From the human T2T-CHM13v2.0 reference genome, Homo sapiens, in assembly GCF_009914755.1 (NCBI RefSeq), contig NC_060931.1: DNA of 64,000 bases, one strand, 5' to 3'. The notes beneath the pieces were generated by a model. The model saw only the letters and a program-made list of their open reading frames with translations, was not told the origin of the DNA and searched no databases. A program made the translations under genes and the position numbers. Shown piece by piece: positions 35,710 through 52,647 of this stretch (positions are counted from its first letter, which is position 1; each line of letters starts with the position of its first letter).

Positions 35710-38355
35710 TGAAATATGACAAGAAGTATTCTAAAATGTTCTTTTGATTTCTGTGGGTGATAATTTTCATTGTTTTCAAGCTGATTTTCTGTATTCCTTG
35801 GGCCTATTTTTGTTGTTGTTTTTATTTACTATTGTTATTTTTATTTCCTTTTCTCCATCTTTGAATGAGGAGACCCATATGTAGTCTCAGCACTGTGTTG
35901 TATTTTTCATTGTTCGGATATGTATACTTGCATGGAGTTGCTCTTATTCCTGTTTTTATTCATTTGGGTGCTGGTTGAATTGCCATCAAAGATTTATAAT
36001 GAAATGGTTTGTGGGTGTAAAAAGCTCCTTGCCAAATTCCAGTATCTGTCAGGGTTTTGTACAGAGAAGCTCTGCTGTACTGAGAAAGAATTGTGGGCGT
36101 GCCTTTCTCCATCATCTGACTCTTTAAGATTGAGATGACAGAGTATGAGAAAAACTTGAATCCTAACCTGGTACTGCTTTAGGAGTTTTAAAAAAATGTT
36201 TGCTTATGTTTTCTAAGAAGCAATATGTTTCCTTCACTCACCACTGCCCCTTCTACTCTGTCGTCTTCAGACTGTTGCAGTCTTTATTTGTATGTAGAGC
36301 AGTACTAAAGGAGTAGATAAATAAAAAAGGAAGACACCGAGGGCAGCTGCCTTGTTTTTAGGTTGATTAGAACTTGTGCTTCTAGAAGATCTAGAGGATC
36401 AATAGTGAGGGAAAGACTGCATGTCTTGTATATTCTTTCAGACATCATTCATTGAATTTTGCCATTTTAGTAAGATGTTGGGTATGGCTGCATTGGGGGC
36501 TACTAGCCATCTGCTTTTTTTTTTCTTTTTTTTTTAATTTAAAAAAAAGGACACAGTGTCTTGCTCTGTCTCCCAGGCTGGAGTGCTGTGGTGCAATCAC
36601 AGCTCACTGCAGCCTCGACCTCCCAGGCTCAAGCAATCCTCAGCCTCCCGAACAGCTGGCATCAGAGGCGCATGCCACCACACACGGCTAATTTTCAAAA
36701 TTTTATAGAGACAAGGTTTTGCCATGTTGCCGAGGCTGGTCTTGAACTCCTGGGCTCAAGTGATGCTCCTGCCTCGGCCTCCCAGAGTGCTGGGATTATA
36801 GGCATGATCCACGCGCACCAGCCACCAGCTGTTACTTTAAACATGAACTCCTCGAAGACATTAGCGTCAGAAGCCACAAAAACTTAGAATTCTTAAAATT
36901 TTAAATAACTGCCAAGAGGTTGATTGATTTCATACATTTGATTATAGATTTCAAGGGAACACTCACCTTATGAGTAGACTGGGTTTTCCATAAACATTAA
37001 ATGATCTTTGCTTGGTAGATTCTTTAGTATGAATTTGGTAATCACACTTACCCAAATGTAGTTACACTCTGCCTTTGATAATATGGTTCTGTACAAAAAC
37101 TAACAGGAAGACATTATGCTATGGGGAGAGGAGAAACATTTGGAGACAGAAGCTGTTTCTCATGGGTTACTTTAAAAATGATGCTATATTATACAAAAGA
37201 AATGATAAAAATTTTTAATGAAGCTACCAAGTCTCAAAAATTGAGTATCGTGTGATATCTTCTGTTTGTGCTTTTTAGTATTTTAGAAACACATAACAGG
37301 TTTTTCTTTTTCATAATTTAAGTGAGTTTTTATGAGGTAACATTATTTGCTAGAAGAGCTGAGATCTTTTTTTTTTTTTTTTTTTTTAACACAAAAGGAC
37401 TAAATTCAGGACTTGCTAGTCAAATTCGTCCTTGGGTTAGTGGTTCTTTCCTTCTCTGTTATTGCAGGAGGCTTCAAGTTTTTAGTCCACACTGTAGGCT
37501 TCTGACCACAGCTAAATTAGCTGTGTATTTACATTCTGGCATTCTTGAACCAGGACCTTGTTTGTTTGTTCTGTCTTTTGTGGGCATGGGCGTGCCTGGC
37601 TTCTCTGGTGAGGAACATTTATGCAAATTTATCTTTCTTAAATACCACTAGAAAAAGAACAAAGCAAACATAAAATTCAGTAATTTTTTTGTATGTGCTT
37701 AATCACTCTTTGTATTTTAAACATTCATTGTAGTTTATTTTTTTATTATTTTATTTTTTGAGATGAAGTCTCACTCTGTCACCTAGGCTGGAGTGCGGTG
37801 GCGTGATCTTGGCTCACTACAACCCTCGCCTTTGGGTTCAAGCGATTCTCCCGCCTCAGCCTCCTGAGTAGCTGGAATTACAGGCTCCCGCCACCACGTG
37901 TGGCTAATTTTTTTATATTTAGTAGAGATGGGGTTTGACCACGCAGGCCAGGCTGGTCTTGAACTCCCGACCTCAAGTCATCTGCCTGCTTTGGCCTCCC
38001 AAAGTGCTAGGATTGCACGCATGAACCACGATTCCCAGCTTTAACATTTTTTAAATTATTATTTTGTGATAGCTTAGGTGTTTGTGATGACAAGAGTAGC
38101 TGTAACTGGTTATTGGCGGGAGCAAAATATGATCAGTAGAAAAAGATGCCCAAGTTAGTAATTCAGTTTATCATTTATAAATAGATGATATGTTATGAGA
38201 GAATAAAGGAATGAATTATTTACTTTTTCTAAGACATAGTTACTTCTTACCTGTTTGAACTTTAATTTTGCTTTTGATAAAACAACATATAGAAATGATT
38301 TTTTTTTTCTCTCCCTAGAAACTGCTTTTCCATTAATCTTCTTCCTTGGAGCTAA

Positions 38356-38499
<144 letters not shown>

Positions 38500-39025
38500 T
38501 AATGTTGGTCTAAACTCTGTATCCCAAGATACTCAATGTGTGTCATTGTGTGGCTTCTTATTCCTTACTTGAGATGAAAATATTTAAAATTAGAGCTTTT
38601 TAGGAACATGATTTGACAATTAGAATTTTTTCCTTGCGTGGACACCAGACCAAGCATCCAGAGTGTTAATTTGGGATACGCTTTGTTGTTGTGCATTGCT
38701 TTGAGTGTGATATTGAACAGAGACAGCTTGTCCTAGTTGAATTTATTTGGGGTATTGCTCTCCTAAATTCTTATATTCATTCTATCAATTGAAGTGAGTA
38801 TCCTATTACTATTAGAATCATTAACAATAGTTGCATTTTTGTTTCAGAGATGGCATTTAGAATAACTTATGTATATAATAATGTGATAATTAATGCTTTG
38901 TGCATTAAAAAATTAAAGTTGTCATATACCTGTATATGATTACTTAACTGGCTGATGTCCTGTTTATTATATTCATTGGTTGATTATCACTTACCTCTGT
39001 TAATAGGTATTAGTAACTATTAGAA

Positions 39026-39882
<857 letters not shown>

Positions 39883-40388
39883 TAAGCCTACATGTTTTGC
39901 ACTTGTTAAAAGTATTTGAACATACAATTACTCAGCTTCCCTTGTTTATGCTTGAATTTTGTATAATCTTAAATATTTTTTCCAATCTAAGCTTTATTTT
40001 ATCCCGTTTCTTCTATATTTGTATAACTTTAGGTAGCTATCTTCATTGGAAGTTTTTTCTCAAAAGCCTTAAAATAGAACATAGTTCTTGGCAGCAATTT
40101 GAAAGTTTTTTGAGGAGAAGGGGAGACTTACAATGATGATTCAAATGAAGTAAACTAAAAAGTAATGAAGCAAGACGGAGGAAAAAGCAGTATTCACTTG
40201 AGCACATCCCAAAAGAATAACATTTCAAATGTAACTAGAAGAAAGTATGCTGAAGTTCGCAATACAGAAATAATTATTAATAAGATAGCTTTAAAGCCCT
40301 GCTCAGCTTTTGAATGTTGGGAATTGACCCAGAGGTAGCTGTAACCTAAGATGGTTCCTTCAGTAATGACCATTTTTTCTTTTTCAAG

Positions 40389-40590
<202 letters not shown>

Positions 40591-41568
40591 TGATTTAGCA
40601 TGTGTTACTACATCTTAATCACATCTTTGTAAAGCCAGGAGCATTTTGAAAGTCACGTTACAGACATTGTTTAAACATAGTCTGTATTTACCAAAGTATA
40701 GGACATTGTATCATCTCATATTAATTAGTTAGTTGGCTCAAAATTAGTGCTAATGACTTAGTAATTCAGTGATTTCTGTTAGCTTTAAAACCTTTATTTC
40801 AGAACTATTTCACCTCTTGGTTTTCATTTTTGCTGTGTGTCACTGCCTGCCGGCTGCTAATTTATTAACTCCCAGTGAATCATGTGTCCTGTGAAGGGAC
40901 TGAATATTAGTGGCAAATTATGTTGATGATTTGTATTTTGAATAAATAGTTTGAATACATAGAACATTAAGCTTGTATACATTTTGAAAATAGTATTTTA
41001 GTATTCTACTGTGTCATAGTCACAATGATTGGATATATATTGAATTTATATGTACTTTAAGTTTTTATATGTTTATGGTCTTTAGCATTCTAACGTGCAA
41101 TTGTATATCTGTTAAGTCTTTTTTTTTTTTCAAGATTAGACTCTGATTTATTGAGGCATCTGTTTGATGCCACATTAAGTGGCCCAGGCTTTGTGTAGGG
41201 GTTGAGGTTAAAGCAGGAAGAAGTGTGGTGAGAGGCAGGGGTACCAGGATTAGGTTGGAATACCTGGGGGTGCTCTGAGGCTCCCCTAGTTTCCCTGGTC
41301 TTGGCCGGCTGTGCTGCTGGCCTGGGCATCTGATGGGCCTGCAAGGGTGGTCCAGGGGCTAGGGCAAGGACTTTGGAGTCACGCTGTTGGCTTTGAATCC
41401 AGACTCCTACACTTGGTAGCTGTGAACTCTCCATGTGTCAGGGACCTGCAGAACTGAGCTCTGTCTGAGCCACGTTCCATCCAGGCACTGCGGATCCATC
41501 CAGAGGGGCACTGCCTCAGTTTGCTCACTATTCACTGCCTTCTCAAGCAGACGCTTGTCTCCTTCTAG

Positions 41569-41700
41569 GCCCTCACAATCCAGTGGAGGAGACGAAACTC
41601 AGCTGCCTCTGTCCCTCTGGGCACGCCTCATGCCAGGTGCATCTGTGGACAGGGGCCATGCTCCTGGGCTTCCAAAGTTGGAGAAAGCTGCCAGGCTCAG
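41569..41700 (+). other. Candidate 132-nt exon of the chimeric transcript (antisense to the retro-insert)
   Basis: gtctccttctag|GCCCTC...GGCTCAG|gtgggt. Size and sequence agree with my recollection of an exon in the paralogous subtelomeric lncRNA family (unverified). Confidence 0.6.
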
Positions 41701-43096
41701 GTGGGTACATCACAGCAGCTGCTGCCCTCTGGACACAGTGACAAAAGAACACTCTGGGCCTGGAGCCCTGGTCTGGGGCATTGGGCAAGGCTGTTGCACT
41801 TCTCTGAGCCCATTTCCCCATCTGGAAAGTGCGCTGATTGTATCTCCCTGTGGGCACTGAGGGCTCAGTGTTAGTTTGAGAGCCAGTATCTGGGGTTTGG
41901 GCTGTAATTCCCCATCAGCCCCATAGCTGCGGGGAACCAGGGACTTTGTTGGGATTACCCTAGGCATCAGTCTAGCTTCCTGCCCCTGGCTTGGGCTCAG
42001 CACCTGAAGTAGTCTAGGGGGTAGGTGGTCCTGGTGGGGGCTGGGGCTTTTCCCCAGACTGAGCTCACACCCAGAGCCAGAAATCTTGGTGCCTGCTCTG
42101 GGCAAAGGTGCCAGCCTGTGCGACAAGAGCGTAACTCCGTCTCCAAAACAAAACAAAAAACCTTGCATCATTTCAAGGGGCTCACACCTCCCTAAGGGCC
42201 TGGTAATTGGCTGGCTCTGACCTGCATTTGGCCCCGAGGGTGTAGGTAACACCCCACCTTACCTGGTTTCTTCCTGCCAGGGCCAACTTCAGACCTCAGG
42301 ACTTTGCAGCCTATTCCACCTCCCCTTTGGCCAGCCTTGAGCCCTTGTGGGTCCGGCACTTTTTCCAGGCTGTCTCCTGGTTGTCCTTCTGCCTCGAGGC
42401 CCGGCTCATGCTACTCCCCCTCCCACTCACCAAGACCCACAAGGACCACTCCACACCCAGCTCAGCCCCATCCCCTCAAATAGTCCTTTCTCTTTCCTCA
42501 GGTGGCCAGGTGCATATCTTGGTGTGAGGACCTTCACTGTATCTGGGAAGGCCCTACTGGTCACCTTGGTGACAGAGACCAAGGCATTTACCTGATATGA
42601 GTGTCTTGGTTCACTGTCTACATGGCTAGGGAGGGAGTCAATAATAGGCTTTTCACTTGCTGCAAGGGCCAGTTCTCCTGGCCCCATGGCTCTAGGGACG
42701 GAGGATGCTGCAGGAGATGCACCGCTTACTTCCCAGCTGAGGACTGTGGGTCATCTCAGGGTGATTTCACAGTCCCCACATGCCCCACCCCCTCAGCTCT
42801 GCAAATACCAAGCAGTGCAACCTGCCGAGGGGATGATGGGCTCGAGAGTGCCCAGGTAGTGCCCAGAGTGCCCTTGGCAGGCCCCTCACCTAGCTGCTTC
42901 CACAGCTCTGTAGCAAGAGTTCTAACCTTTTTTGACCATGAAGCCTGCTGAGAATAAGAGCTGTGGACTGTTTTCCCAGAAAGGCATGTACATGCTCTCC
43001 ACACAAAACCTTTCATCGTGGCCAAGCACAGTGGCTCATGTAATCCCAGAACTTTGGGAGGCGGAGCCAGTCGGATCACCTGAGGTCAGGAGTTCA

Positions 43097-43297
<201 letters not shown>

Positions 43298-44033
43298 TCA
43301 AAAAACAAAACAAAACAAAACCTTGCATCCTTTCAGGGGGCTCACACCTCCCTAAGGGCCCGGTAATTAAACCCCCTGGGCCTGAGGGTGAGAAACTTTG
43401 TCTCAGTTCTTCCCTGAGTGATCAGCCCAGGGGTAAGGAAGGAGAAGCCAGAAAGCAGGACCCATGAGAAGGGCCCCCTCCTGGAGTTTGAGGCCCACTC
43501 CCTCCTGCCCCTGCCTCTCCTCTGTCCAGGACTCCTCCCTGCTCTGCCCCACTCCTGGGGCTGTAACCATGGGGAGCTGTGGTTTTCTACAGGCCCCTGG
43601 GCACAAAGTGGGCAGGCTCACCTGGAGGCGATCAGAGTAACATGGCAGGAAGTGAGGGGGAAAGCCGCCCTGGAACTGCGCCTCTCTGCCCCCTGATGTC
43701 ACTGGCATGCACTCCTCCCTCCCGTCACTCAGGCAGTGGCATGAGTTCCATGTGAGCGCTGGCCTGCTCCCTCTGCTGCCTCTTTTTTTTCTTGGGGCTA
43801 CCATAACACTTGCCCTTCCCCAGCCCTGCCAACCTGGTGGGACATTGGGCTTCCCTCTCACAGGGTCCTGGGGACAGGCACAGGCCCATCCTTTATCATA
43901 CCCACAGAGAGACCCTTTTTTTCTTCAGGATCTGGGGAGCAGCCAGGTTCCATGAGTTAAATGCAGATCTGAACCAAGCTGAGATTAGGGTACACACTCT
44001 CCTCTACTGAAAAGTAGCTAGAGATTCCAACTA

Positions 44034-44252
<219 letters not shown>

Positions 44253-44927
44253 CTAGGCATGCTACACTCCTGTAATCCCAGCTACTCAGGAGGCTGAGGC
44301 AGGAGAAATCACTTGAACTGGGGAGGCAGAGGTCGAAGTGAGCTGAGATTGTGCCCCTGCACTCCAGTCTGGGAGACAGAGTGAAACTGGGCCTCAAAAA
44401 AAAAAAAAAAAAGAATATGGCCTTGGCAGAGAGGGGCCAGCCCGGCAGTGCCTTCCCTTGGGTTTCTCCTGGGTAGGCCTCTGCCATGAGGAGGCACTTC
44501 CTTCTGCCTGTCCATGGCCCACAGCAATGGAATGTCTGCTTCTGGGGGTTGGGTGGGAGACCGCTGGCAGAACTGGAAACCTTCAGGTGGGTTTTTTTTG
44601 TTTTGTTTTGTTTTCGAGATGGAGCGTCGCTCTGTTAGCCAGGCTGGAGTGCAGTGGTGGAATCTCAGTTCACTGCAACCTCCGCCCCCCGGGTTCAAAC
44701 AATTCTCCTGTCTCAGCCACCTGAGTAGCTGAGATTACAGGCATGTGCCACCATGCCCGGCTAATTTTTGTATTTTTTGTATAGATGGCATTTTGCCATG
44801 TTGGCCAGGCTGGTCTCGAACTCCTGACCTCAAGTGATCCACCCTCCTCGGCCTCCCAAAGTGCCGGGATTACAGGCATGAGCCACTGAGCCCAGCCCCT
44901 TCAGGGGGGTTTTGGGGCTCCACTACA

Positions 44928-45350
44928 ATACTAGTTTCCTGTGGCTGCTGCAACAAATTACCACACACTTAGTGACTTAAAACAACCAAAATGCATTCCC
45001 TTACAGGTCTGAAGGCCAGAATTCTACAGTAAGTCCTACTCAGTCAAGGTGGGAGCAGGGTCAGTGGCTTCCGAGGCTCTGCGGGAGAATCCGTTTCCTG
45101 GCCGTGGAGGTGGCCTGCACTCCTCAGCTTGTGCTGCCCGTCTCGAATGACTGGAGTTTCCTGCTTCTGTCACTACACCTCCCACCCTCTCCATCACCTG
45201 CTCTGCTCTTATAAGGATCCGAGTGAGTACATCAACCCCAAAAGCCAAAGACCCTTAACTTCATTATATTTGCAAAGCCCCTTTTGCCATATAAGGTCAT
45301 GTTCACCAGTTCCCGGGATTAGGATATGGGCATCTTGGGGGCATCAGCCT
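44928..45350 (-). mobile_element. MLT1 (MaLR) LTR
   Basis: tagtttcctgtggctgctgcaacaaattaccacacacttagtgacttaaaacaac...ataaggtcatgttcaccagttcccgggattagga. Confidence 0.8.
45007..45222 (+). other. Candidate 216-nt exon exonised from an MLT1 LTR
   Basis: cattcccttacag|GTCTGA...ATCCGA|gtgagt. Confidence 0.55.
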
Positions 45351-45482
45351 GCTACAGCTAGGCTGCAAAACTATTACACCCTCCTGGTGTTTCAATGATT
45401 GGGAGAAAAAAGGTTGGCATTTTTTGCTTAGGGGTCCCTCTTAACCTTGTATCTGTAAGGTCTGGGGTCCCTCTTAACCTTG

Positions 45483-45785
45483 TGTTTTTGTTTTTGTTTT
45501 TTTGAGGTGGAGTCTTGCTCTGTCATCCAGGCTGGCAGTGGCGTGGTCTTGGCTCACTGCAACGTCTGCCTCCTGGGTTCAAGTGATTCTCCTGCCTCAG
45601 CCTCCTGAGTAGCTGGGACTACAGGCGCCTGCCACCATGCCCTGCTGTTTTGTATTTTTGGTAGGGACGGGGTGGGGGTGGGGCTAGGGAGGGGGGTTTT
45701 GGCTATGTTGCCCTGAGCTCAAAGCGATCTGCCTGCCTCTGCTGCCAAAGTGCTGGGATTACAGGCCTGCACCACTGCACCTGGC
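45483..45785 (-). mobile_element. Alu forming the 5' end of the 4.7-kb retro-insert
   Basis: The Alu head lies 2 nt from the right TSD and in the same orientation as the distant poly(A). Confidence 0.85.
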
Positions 45786-46103
45786 TGCTGTAAAGTCTTA
45801 TTTCACACAGCTGAGACGTGTTTTAGGAAGTTTGCTAAAAGACCCCTGGAGACCTCCTCGTTGTGACCTCCCTGTTATTGTGTTTAATTTGATTGAACTT
45901 TTCTGCCCTCCTGCTTTTCAGCTTCTCTAATAGTCTCCCATTAAACCAATTCTAAGAACCACCAAAAAAGGGAAATTTTTTTTGAAAGCAGTAAAATGAT
46001 ATGGACTGTTAGAATGTAAAATACATGAAATAAGTCATTATATGTTAGTGCTGCTCTGACATAGGGACGTATTATTGAGAATCAACTTTTGCTTGATTTT
46101 CAG

Positions 46104-46169
46104 AGAAATGGAATAATCGTATCGCTGATCTACGTAAACAAATTGAAGAATTGTCTGAAAGAAAATATG
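46104..46169 (+). pseudogene. GTF2I: GTF2I-derived exon, 66 nt (E-KWNNRIADLRKQIEELSERKY); expected donor reads TT
   Basis: gattttcag|AGAAATGG...AAATATG|ttatgt. Confidence 0.9.
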
Positions 46170-46951
46170 TTATGTCTAAACTGGAAAAGTCCTGTAATCT
46201 TATGTTCATGGGCTTTTACACAATGGAGTTACTGTTCATCATGGGGGTACCGTGGACAAGCCCAGAGCTGCCGGCGAGTCATGCCATCCTTACACGTTTC
46301 TCCTTGGAAGGTGCTTTGTAGTGTCTACACACTTTGTTTCTAGATTGCTGCAAAGCTGAGGAAAAGTTGTATTTCTTTAATTATTAGTTAGCATTTCTTT
46401 TAAACTTTCAGTATGGAGATTGGAAATTTATTTACATATTTATTGCAAAGCCCTGGATCTTAGGGATTTCATTGAATTATTTATTTATTTTTTTTGAGAC
46501 GGAGTCTCACTCTGTCGCCCAGGCTGGAGTGCAGTGGCACAATCTCGGCTCACTGCAACCTCTGCCTCCCGGGTTCAAGCAGTTCTCTGCCTCAGCCTCC
46601 TGAGCAGCTGGGATTACAGGCGCCAGCCACCACGCCTGGCTGATTTTTGTATTTTTAATAGAGACAGGGTTTCATGATCTTGGCTAGGCTGGTCTTGAAC
46701 TGCTGACCTCCTGATCCACTCACCTCAGCTTCCCAAAGTGCTGGGATTACAGGTGTGAGCTGCCATGCCTGGGCAAATATTATTTTTTTAAATGAATTGT
46801 TTCTCTTAGTCTACTTTGTTAAATTTGGAATTCATATGGGCGCGGTGGCTTACACCTGTAATCCCAGCACTTTGGGAGGCCAAGGCAGGCAGATATCTAG
46901 GTCGGGAGTTCGAGACCAGCCTGACCAACATGGAGAAACCCGTCTCTACTA

Positions 46952-47110
<159 letters not shown>

Positions 47111-48326
47111 TCAAAATAAATAAATAAGTAAAATGTTCAGTACTCACCAAGGTGCCCCTATTGTCTCTACTTTTATCTTGATGCATCACTGAATTGATGT
47201 TAGATTTCAAATTCATCATTGCCCTTATACTATTCTATCCTGTAGCCACCTTTATATAATGATGAAAGAAATTAGCCATTTGTTATTATCCTCTCTCTGT
47301 TGGTGTACATCAAATGCTCACCTAAAAAGAGCAACAACCAGTGGAAAACACATGATGTTTTTATTTGGATGACTATTTACTTGTAACCTACCAGCAAACT
47401 ATAAAATTGTATGATATGCAGAATTTTAACTGAATTGCTTTAAGTGAACATTTAAACATGACAAACCATATTGATGGTATTTATGTTAATATACTTAAAA
47501 TGAACATTTTTCTTCGTTGTGAGTAATATAACCTACTTCTCAATGAAAACCTAGCATTAAATTTGCTAATGAGTTCAATAACATTTCCATAATATTTTTA
47601 GTTACATGCTTAAGTTTCTCTTAGTGTTTCTCCCACTTTTTAATAGCTTATGCCTTTTTCGCCTTTGGTTTTTTTTTTGGTTCATTTTAAAGCAAAAATC
47701 TCACAACATGTGATACCTGGAAACACTGTAACCTAGTGGTAAGACCATAGGCCCTGGGGACACAGGCTGGCCATGTCTCTTCTCCTGTCTGAGCTTTAGT
47801 ATCCTCTTTTGTGGTCATGAGAACTGAAGATCTGTCCCGAAGATTTGATAAGATAGTAAAGTGCTTCACATAATACCAGACATATAAATACACAGTAAAT
47901 GCTTCCTCCTTATATTTTTATTGATTGATTGATTGAGACAGAATCTTGCTCTTTTGCCCAGGCTGGAATGCGGTGGCGTGATCGTGGTTTCTGCAACCTC
48001 CACCTCCTGGGTTCAGGCAATTCTCCTGCCTCAGCCTGCTGAGTAGCTGGGATTACAGGTGCCTGCCACCATGCCCAGCTAATTATTGTATTTTTAGTAC
48101 AGACGGGGTTTTACCATGTTGGCCAGGCTGGTCTCGAACTCCCGACCTCATGATCTGCCTGCCTCGGCCTCCCAAACTGCTGGGATTACAGGTGTGAGCC
48201 ACTGTGCCCAGCCTGTCTTTTCTCTTCACACCCACAGTTCATGATGAAATATTAAATATGTACTAGTGGATATTACTTTGCTGAATATTGCCTAGTGAAT
48301 ATTAAGTATTTATTCTCACCTTTCAG

Positions 48327-48385
48327 ACGTGAACTTATGAATTCAACAGGTGAAGATTTACAACTTGATAAATCAGCTTCATGAG
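48327..48385 (+). pseudogene. GTF2I: GTF2I-derived exon, 59 nt, with TGA at 48382-48384
   Basis: cctttcag|ACGTGAAC...TCATGAG|gtacgt. Homologous to HELLNSTREDLQLDKPASG. Confidence 0.9.
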
Positions 48386-48661
48386 GTACGTCTTCAGTCT
48401 TAAGTCAGATTAGAAGATTATGTGAAGTAATTAACACTTAACATTGATTTAATGGTAGCTTCCACATGAAATAGTATGCCTCTAAGTGTGTGTGTGTGTG
48501 TCTTGAGACAGGGTCTCACTCTGTCACCCAGGCTGGAGTACAGTGGTGAGATCAGAGCTCACTGCAGCTTCCACTTCCTGGGCTCAAGTGATCCTCCTAT
48601 TTCAGCCTCCAGAGTAGCTGGGACTATACAAATATTTTACCGCACCCAGTTCATTTTCTAA

Positions 48662-48781
<120 letters not shown>

Positions 48782-49122
48782 TGACCTGCAACGATTTTTC
48801 AACAATGTAATTTCTCTTTTACAGAGCCACCTGAGCTGAAGATTCCCTTGAGAACAAGTACTGTCCTGTGGTTTCATGGCCTTTCTTCCATTTGTGGTTC
48901 TTGCGAAGTGGAATTTAAATGACATCTTATCAAGATGGATAAACCCTAGTTTCCCAGTGCTGGAATATAGAAAATGGATGGACAAGTAAATCTCACTCAG
49001 CACCCATAGTCCAGGCATGGGGACCTCAACACACCTGAGCCCCAGACATCACCTTTCATTGTGAGTAGCTCTGAGATGACACTTCTGCTGTTCCCAATTC
49101 CATCATTAATTGGATTAGATAG

Positions 49123-49398
<276 letters not shown>

Positions 49399-49701
49399 TG
49401 AGTATGCATGGATTTTGGTATACACAGAAATGGGAGAGCTGGAACTAATCCCCCCATATACCAAGGGACAAATTGTATCTGTTTGTATCTGTATTGTACA
49501 ATTATACTGTAGGAGACATTATGTTCCATGACAATGGTAATTTTTAATGACAATTTTTAATTGAGTGAAATTACCATAAAAATAATAATAGTAGCAGCTA
49601 ATATTTACTGAGCTGTTACTAGGTGCCTATAAATAGCATAGATTTTTAAATTCTCTATAATTCTTCCTTATTTCACTTAACCACTCTATCTTAAATTACT
49701 C

Positions 49702-49806
49702 ATGCTTGCCTCAGTAGCACACATACTTAAGTTGGAACAATAGAGAGATTGGCATGGCCTCTGTGAAAGAATGACGTGCAAATTTGTGAAGCATTCCGTA
49801 TTTTTT
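49702..49806 (+). pseudogene. RNU6: U6 snRNA retropseudogene, full length and diverged
   Basis: atgcttgcctcagtagcacacatact...tgaagcattccgtatttttt aligns end to end with U6. A-tail at 49807-49820. TSD aaattactc at 49693-49701 and 49818-49826. Confidence 0.93.
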
Positions 49807-50218
49807 AAAAAAGAAAAAAATTACTCCCAGATTTTCACTGTGTTTGTGCATATGACCTTTTGTTTAGTTTGAATTATATCCAAAGATGAAATTTCCAGAA
49901 GTGAGATTACTGTGAGTCACAGGGCATGAGCATTCTTACTACCCTTGATGTAAATTGCAAAGCTTTCAGGCATGGTGGCTGTCAGCCTGTAATTCCAGCA
50001 CTTTGGGAGGCTGAGGTGGGAGGATTGCTTGAGGCCAGGAGTTGGAGGAGGCAGTATAATGAGTCACTGTCTGTATGATTTAAAAAAAATTTCCAAGCTT
50101 TATCCTGGAAGGCTTATATACATTTTAAACACCACTAATACTACAATAAAATGGCCATTTCACTGTACCTTCGCCCACACAGGTATTATAATTTAACAAG
50201 TTATTTTCTGTGTGATAA

Positions 50219-50455
<237 letters not shown>

Positions 50456-51915
50456 TGATCAGGCTGGTCTCGAACTCCTGACCTCGTGATCTACCCGCCT
50501 CGGCCTCCCAAAGTGCTTGATTACAGCTGTGAGCTATGCGCCCAGCCTATTTGTCATATATTTTATCTTTCCTTATGTTAGCTTATTAGCTTTATTTCTT
50601 TATTGTCCTTTTTTTTTTTTTTTTGAGATGAAGTCTCGCTGTGTCTCCTAGGCTTGAGTGTAGTGGCACAGTCTCAACTCACTGCAGCCTTGACCTCCTA
50701 GGCTCAGGTGATCCTTCCACCTCAGTAATTGGGACTATAGGTACATGCCACTATGCCTGGCCAATTATTTTTATTTTTTTATTTTTACTAGAGACGAGGT
50801 CTTGCTTTGTTTCTTAGGCTGGTCTGGAACTCCTGGCCTCAAGCAATGCCCCCACCACCCCCTCCCAAAGTACTGGTATTATAAGCATAAGCCAACATGC
50901 CTGGGGTATCTGTGTCTTTTCCATTTATTTATAGAGTTACTTTGTCTTTTACTAATTCGATGATCTGTTTAATCTTTTATTAAATTATAAAAATAGTAAA
51001 TACTTTTAAATAAGTGAAAAATGTCCTTCACTCTTTAGACCCATAATCTTATCTCAGGAAATAATTGCTATTGAGAAAATGGGCCATATCCTTCAAGATA
51101 TGTAACATGGTGATTGAACATCGTTTCACATTTTCATATTTCATGGACATTTGTGCCAATACCTATTGATCTATCTTAATCCTTTTCATGGTTGCATGAT
51201 ATTTTATTATATGGATGTATCACAATTTACCAGTACCAGTCAACTGCTGGAGGCATTTAGGCTCCTTCTGATATTTGCTTTGAGCTCTTTATATAATTAA
51301 AAATTAACCCCCTCAGCCAGGTGTGGCAGCTCATACCTGTAAATCCCAGCACTTTGGAAGACTGAGGTGAGAGAACTGCCTGAGTGTAGGAGATCACCAC
51401 CAACCTGGTCAACATAGCGACACTTTGTCTGTACTAAAAATTAAAAAAAAAAAAGAGCTACACGTTGCAGTGCACACCTGTAGTCCCAGCTACTGGGGAG
51501 GCTAAGACTGGAGGATCACTTGAGTCTAGAAGGTTGAGGCTGCAGTAAGCTATGATCACACCATTGCACTTTAGCTTTGCTAAGAGCAAGACTGCATTTC
51601 TTAAACAAAATAAAAATTAGATGGGAATATTGCTTAAGCCCTGGAGGTTGAGGCTGCAGTTAACTGTGATTGCACCACTGCAGTCCAGCCTAGGCGATAG
51701 AGCAAGACCCTTTCTCTAAAAATAAAATAAAATAAAATAAAAATTAACCTTCTATCATATTTCCAGTAACACCTTCTCTCCTACGTTTCTCCTAGAAGCG
51801 CTTAAATTTTGTTTTTCACATACCATTTAAAACTTTTAAGTGCTGATGTCTGTCTGTGTCATCCCTCTTTTTTTTTTTTTTTTTTTTTCTTAGAATGTCT
51901 TTTTGTTACTTCTAG

Positions 51916-51980
51916 CTGGACCTACCATGAAAGACTTCTGAATCCAGGAAGAGAGACTGACTGGGAAACATGTTATTCAG
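51916..51980 (+). other. Candidate 65-nt non-coding exon
   Basis: Long polypyrimidine tract, ttctag|CTGGAC...ATTCAG|gtacaa. Alternative acceptor at 51894. Confidence 0.55.
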
Positions 51981-52647
51981 GTACAAAAAGACTTGGACTG
52001 TAACTCAAAAATGGTCAAATAATAGTGCATGCATCAAGTGCAATGGGAAGCTCTTCTGGAGAGTGAGAGAAGCTTCCAGTTAAGGTGACATTGAAGCCAA
52101 GTCCTGTAAGATGAGGAAGAGTTGTATGAGAGTGGGGAGGGAAGGGGGAGGTGGAGGGATGGGGATTGGGCTGGGATGGGATGGAGTGAGCTGCCCAGTC
52201 AGGTAAACCAGCACTATACAGACCTGAACAATGAAGATGGCACATTTTGTTCAGGGAATGGTGAATTAAGTGTGGCAGGAATGCTTTGGAGAGACGGTCA
52301 TTTGCTTGTATGGAATTTTGCCCAAGAGACCTCATTACAGTTCCTAATTTTTTGATGTTATCATGCATCACTGCCCTTGTCAGATAGTATCATGATCACA
52401 ATAACATCAAGCATAATATTTCATTGATTCTCACAAAAACAGGTGGGTGCCACAGTTATCCCCATTATATGCACAAAATGATGAAGACTTGGGGTTAATG
52501 AGCGATTTGCCCAAGCTCACCTGAATATTAAGACTGAGTCAAATGTTAGTCTGGTCTGACTTTAATGCTTGCTGTGTTAATGAGCACCATGCATTGCCTC
52601 TCCTATGCAGTTAAGCAGGTAGACAGGTGAGAGAAGAGCCCATGTGA

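Noticed and set aside
49702-49806. Functional U6 snRNA gene
   Set aside because: Many substitutions including the ACAGAGA box, plus an A-tail and TSD indicating a retrocopy.
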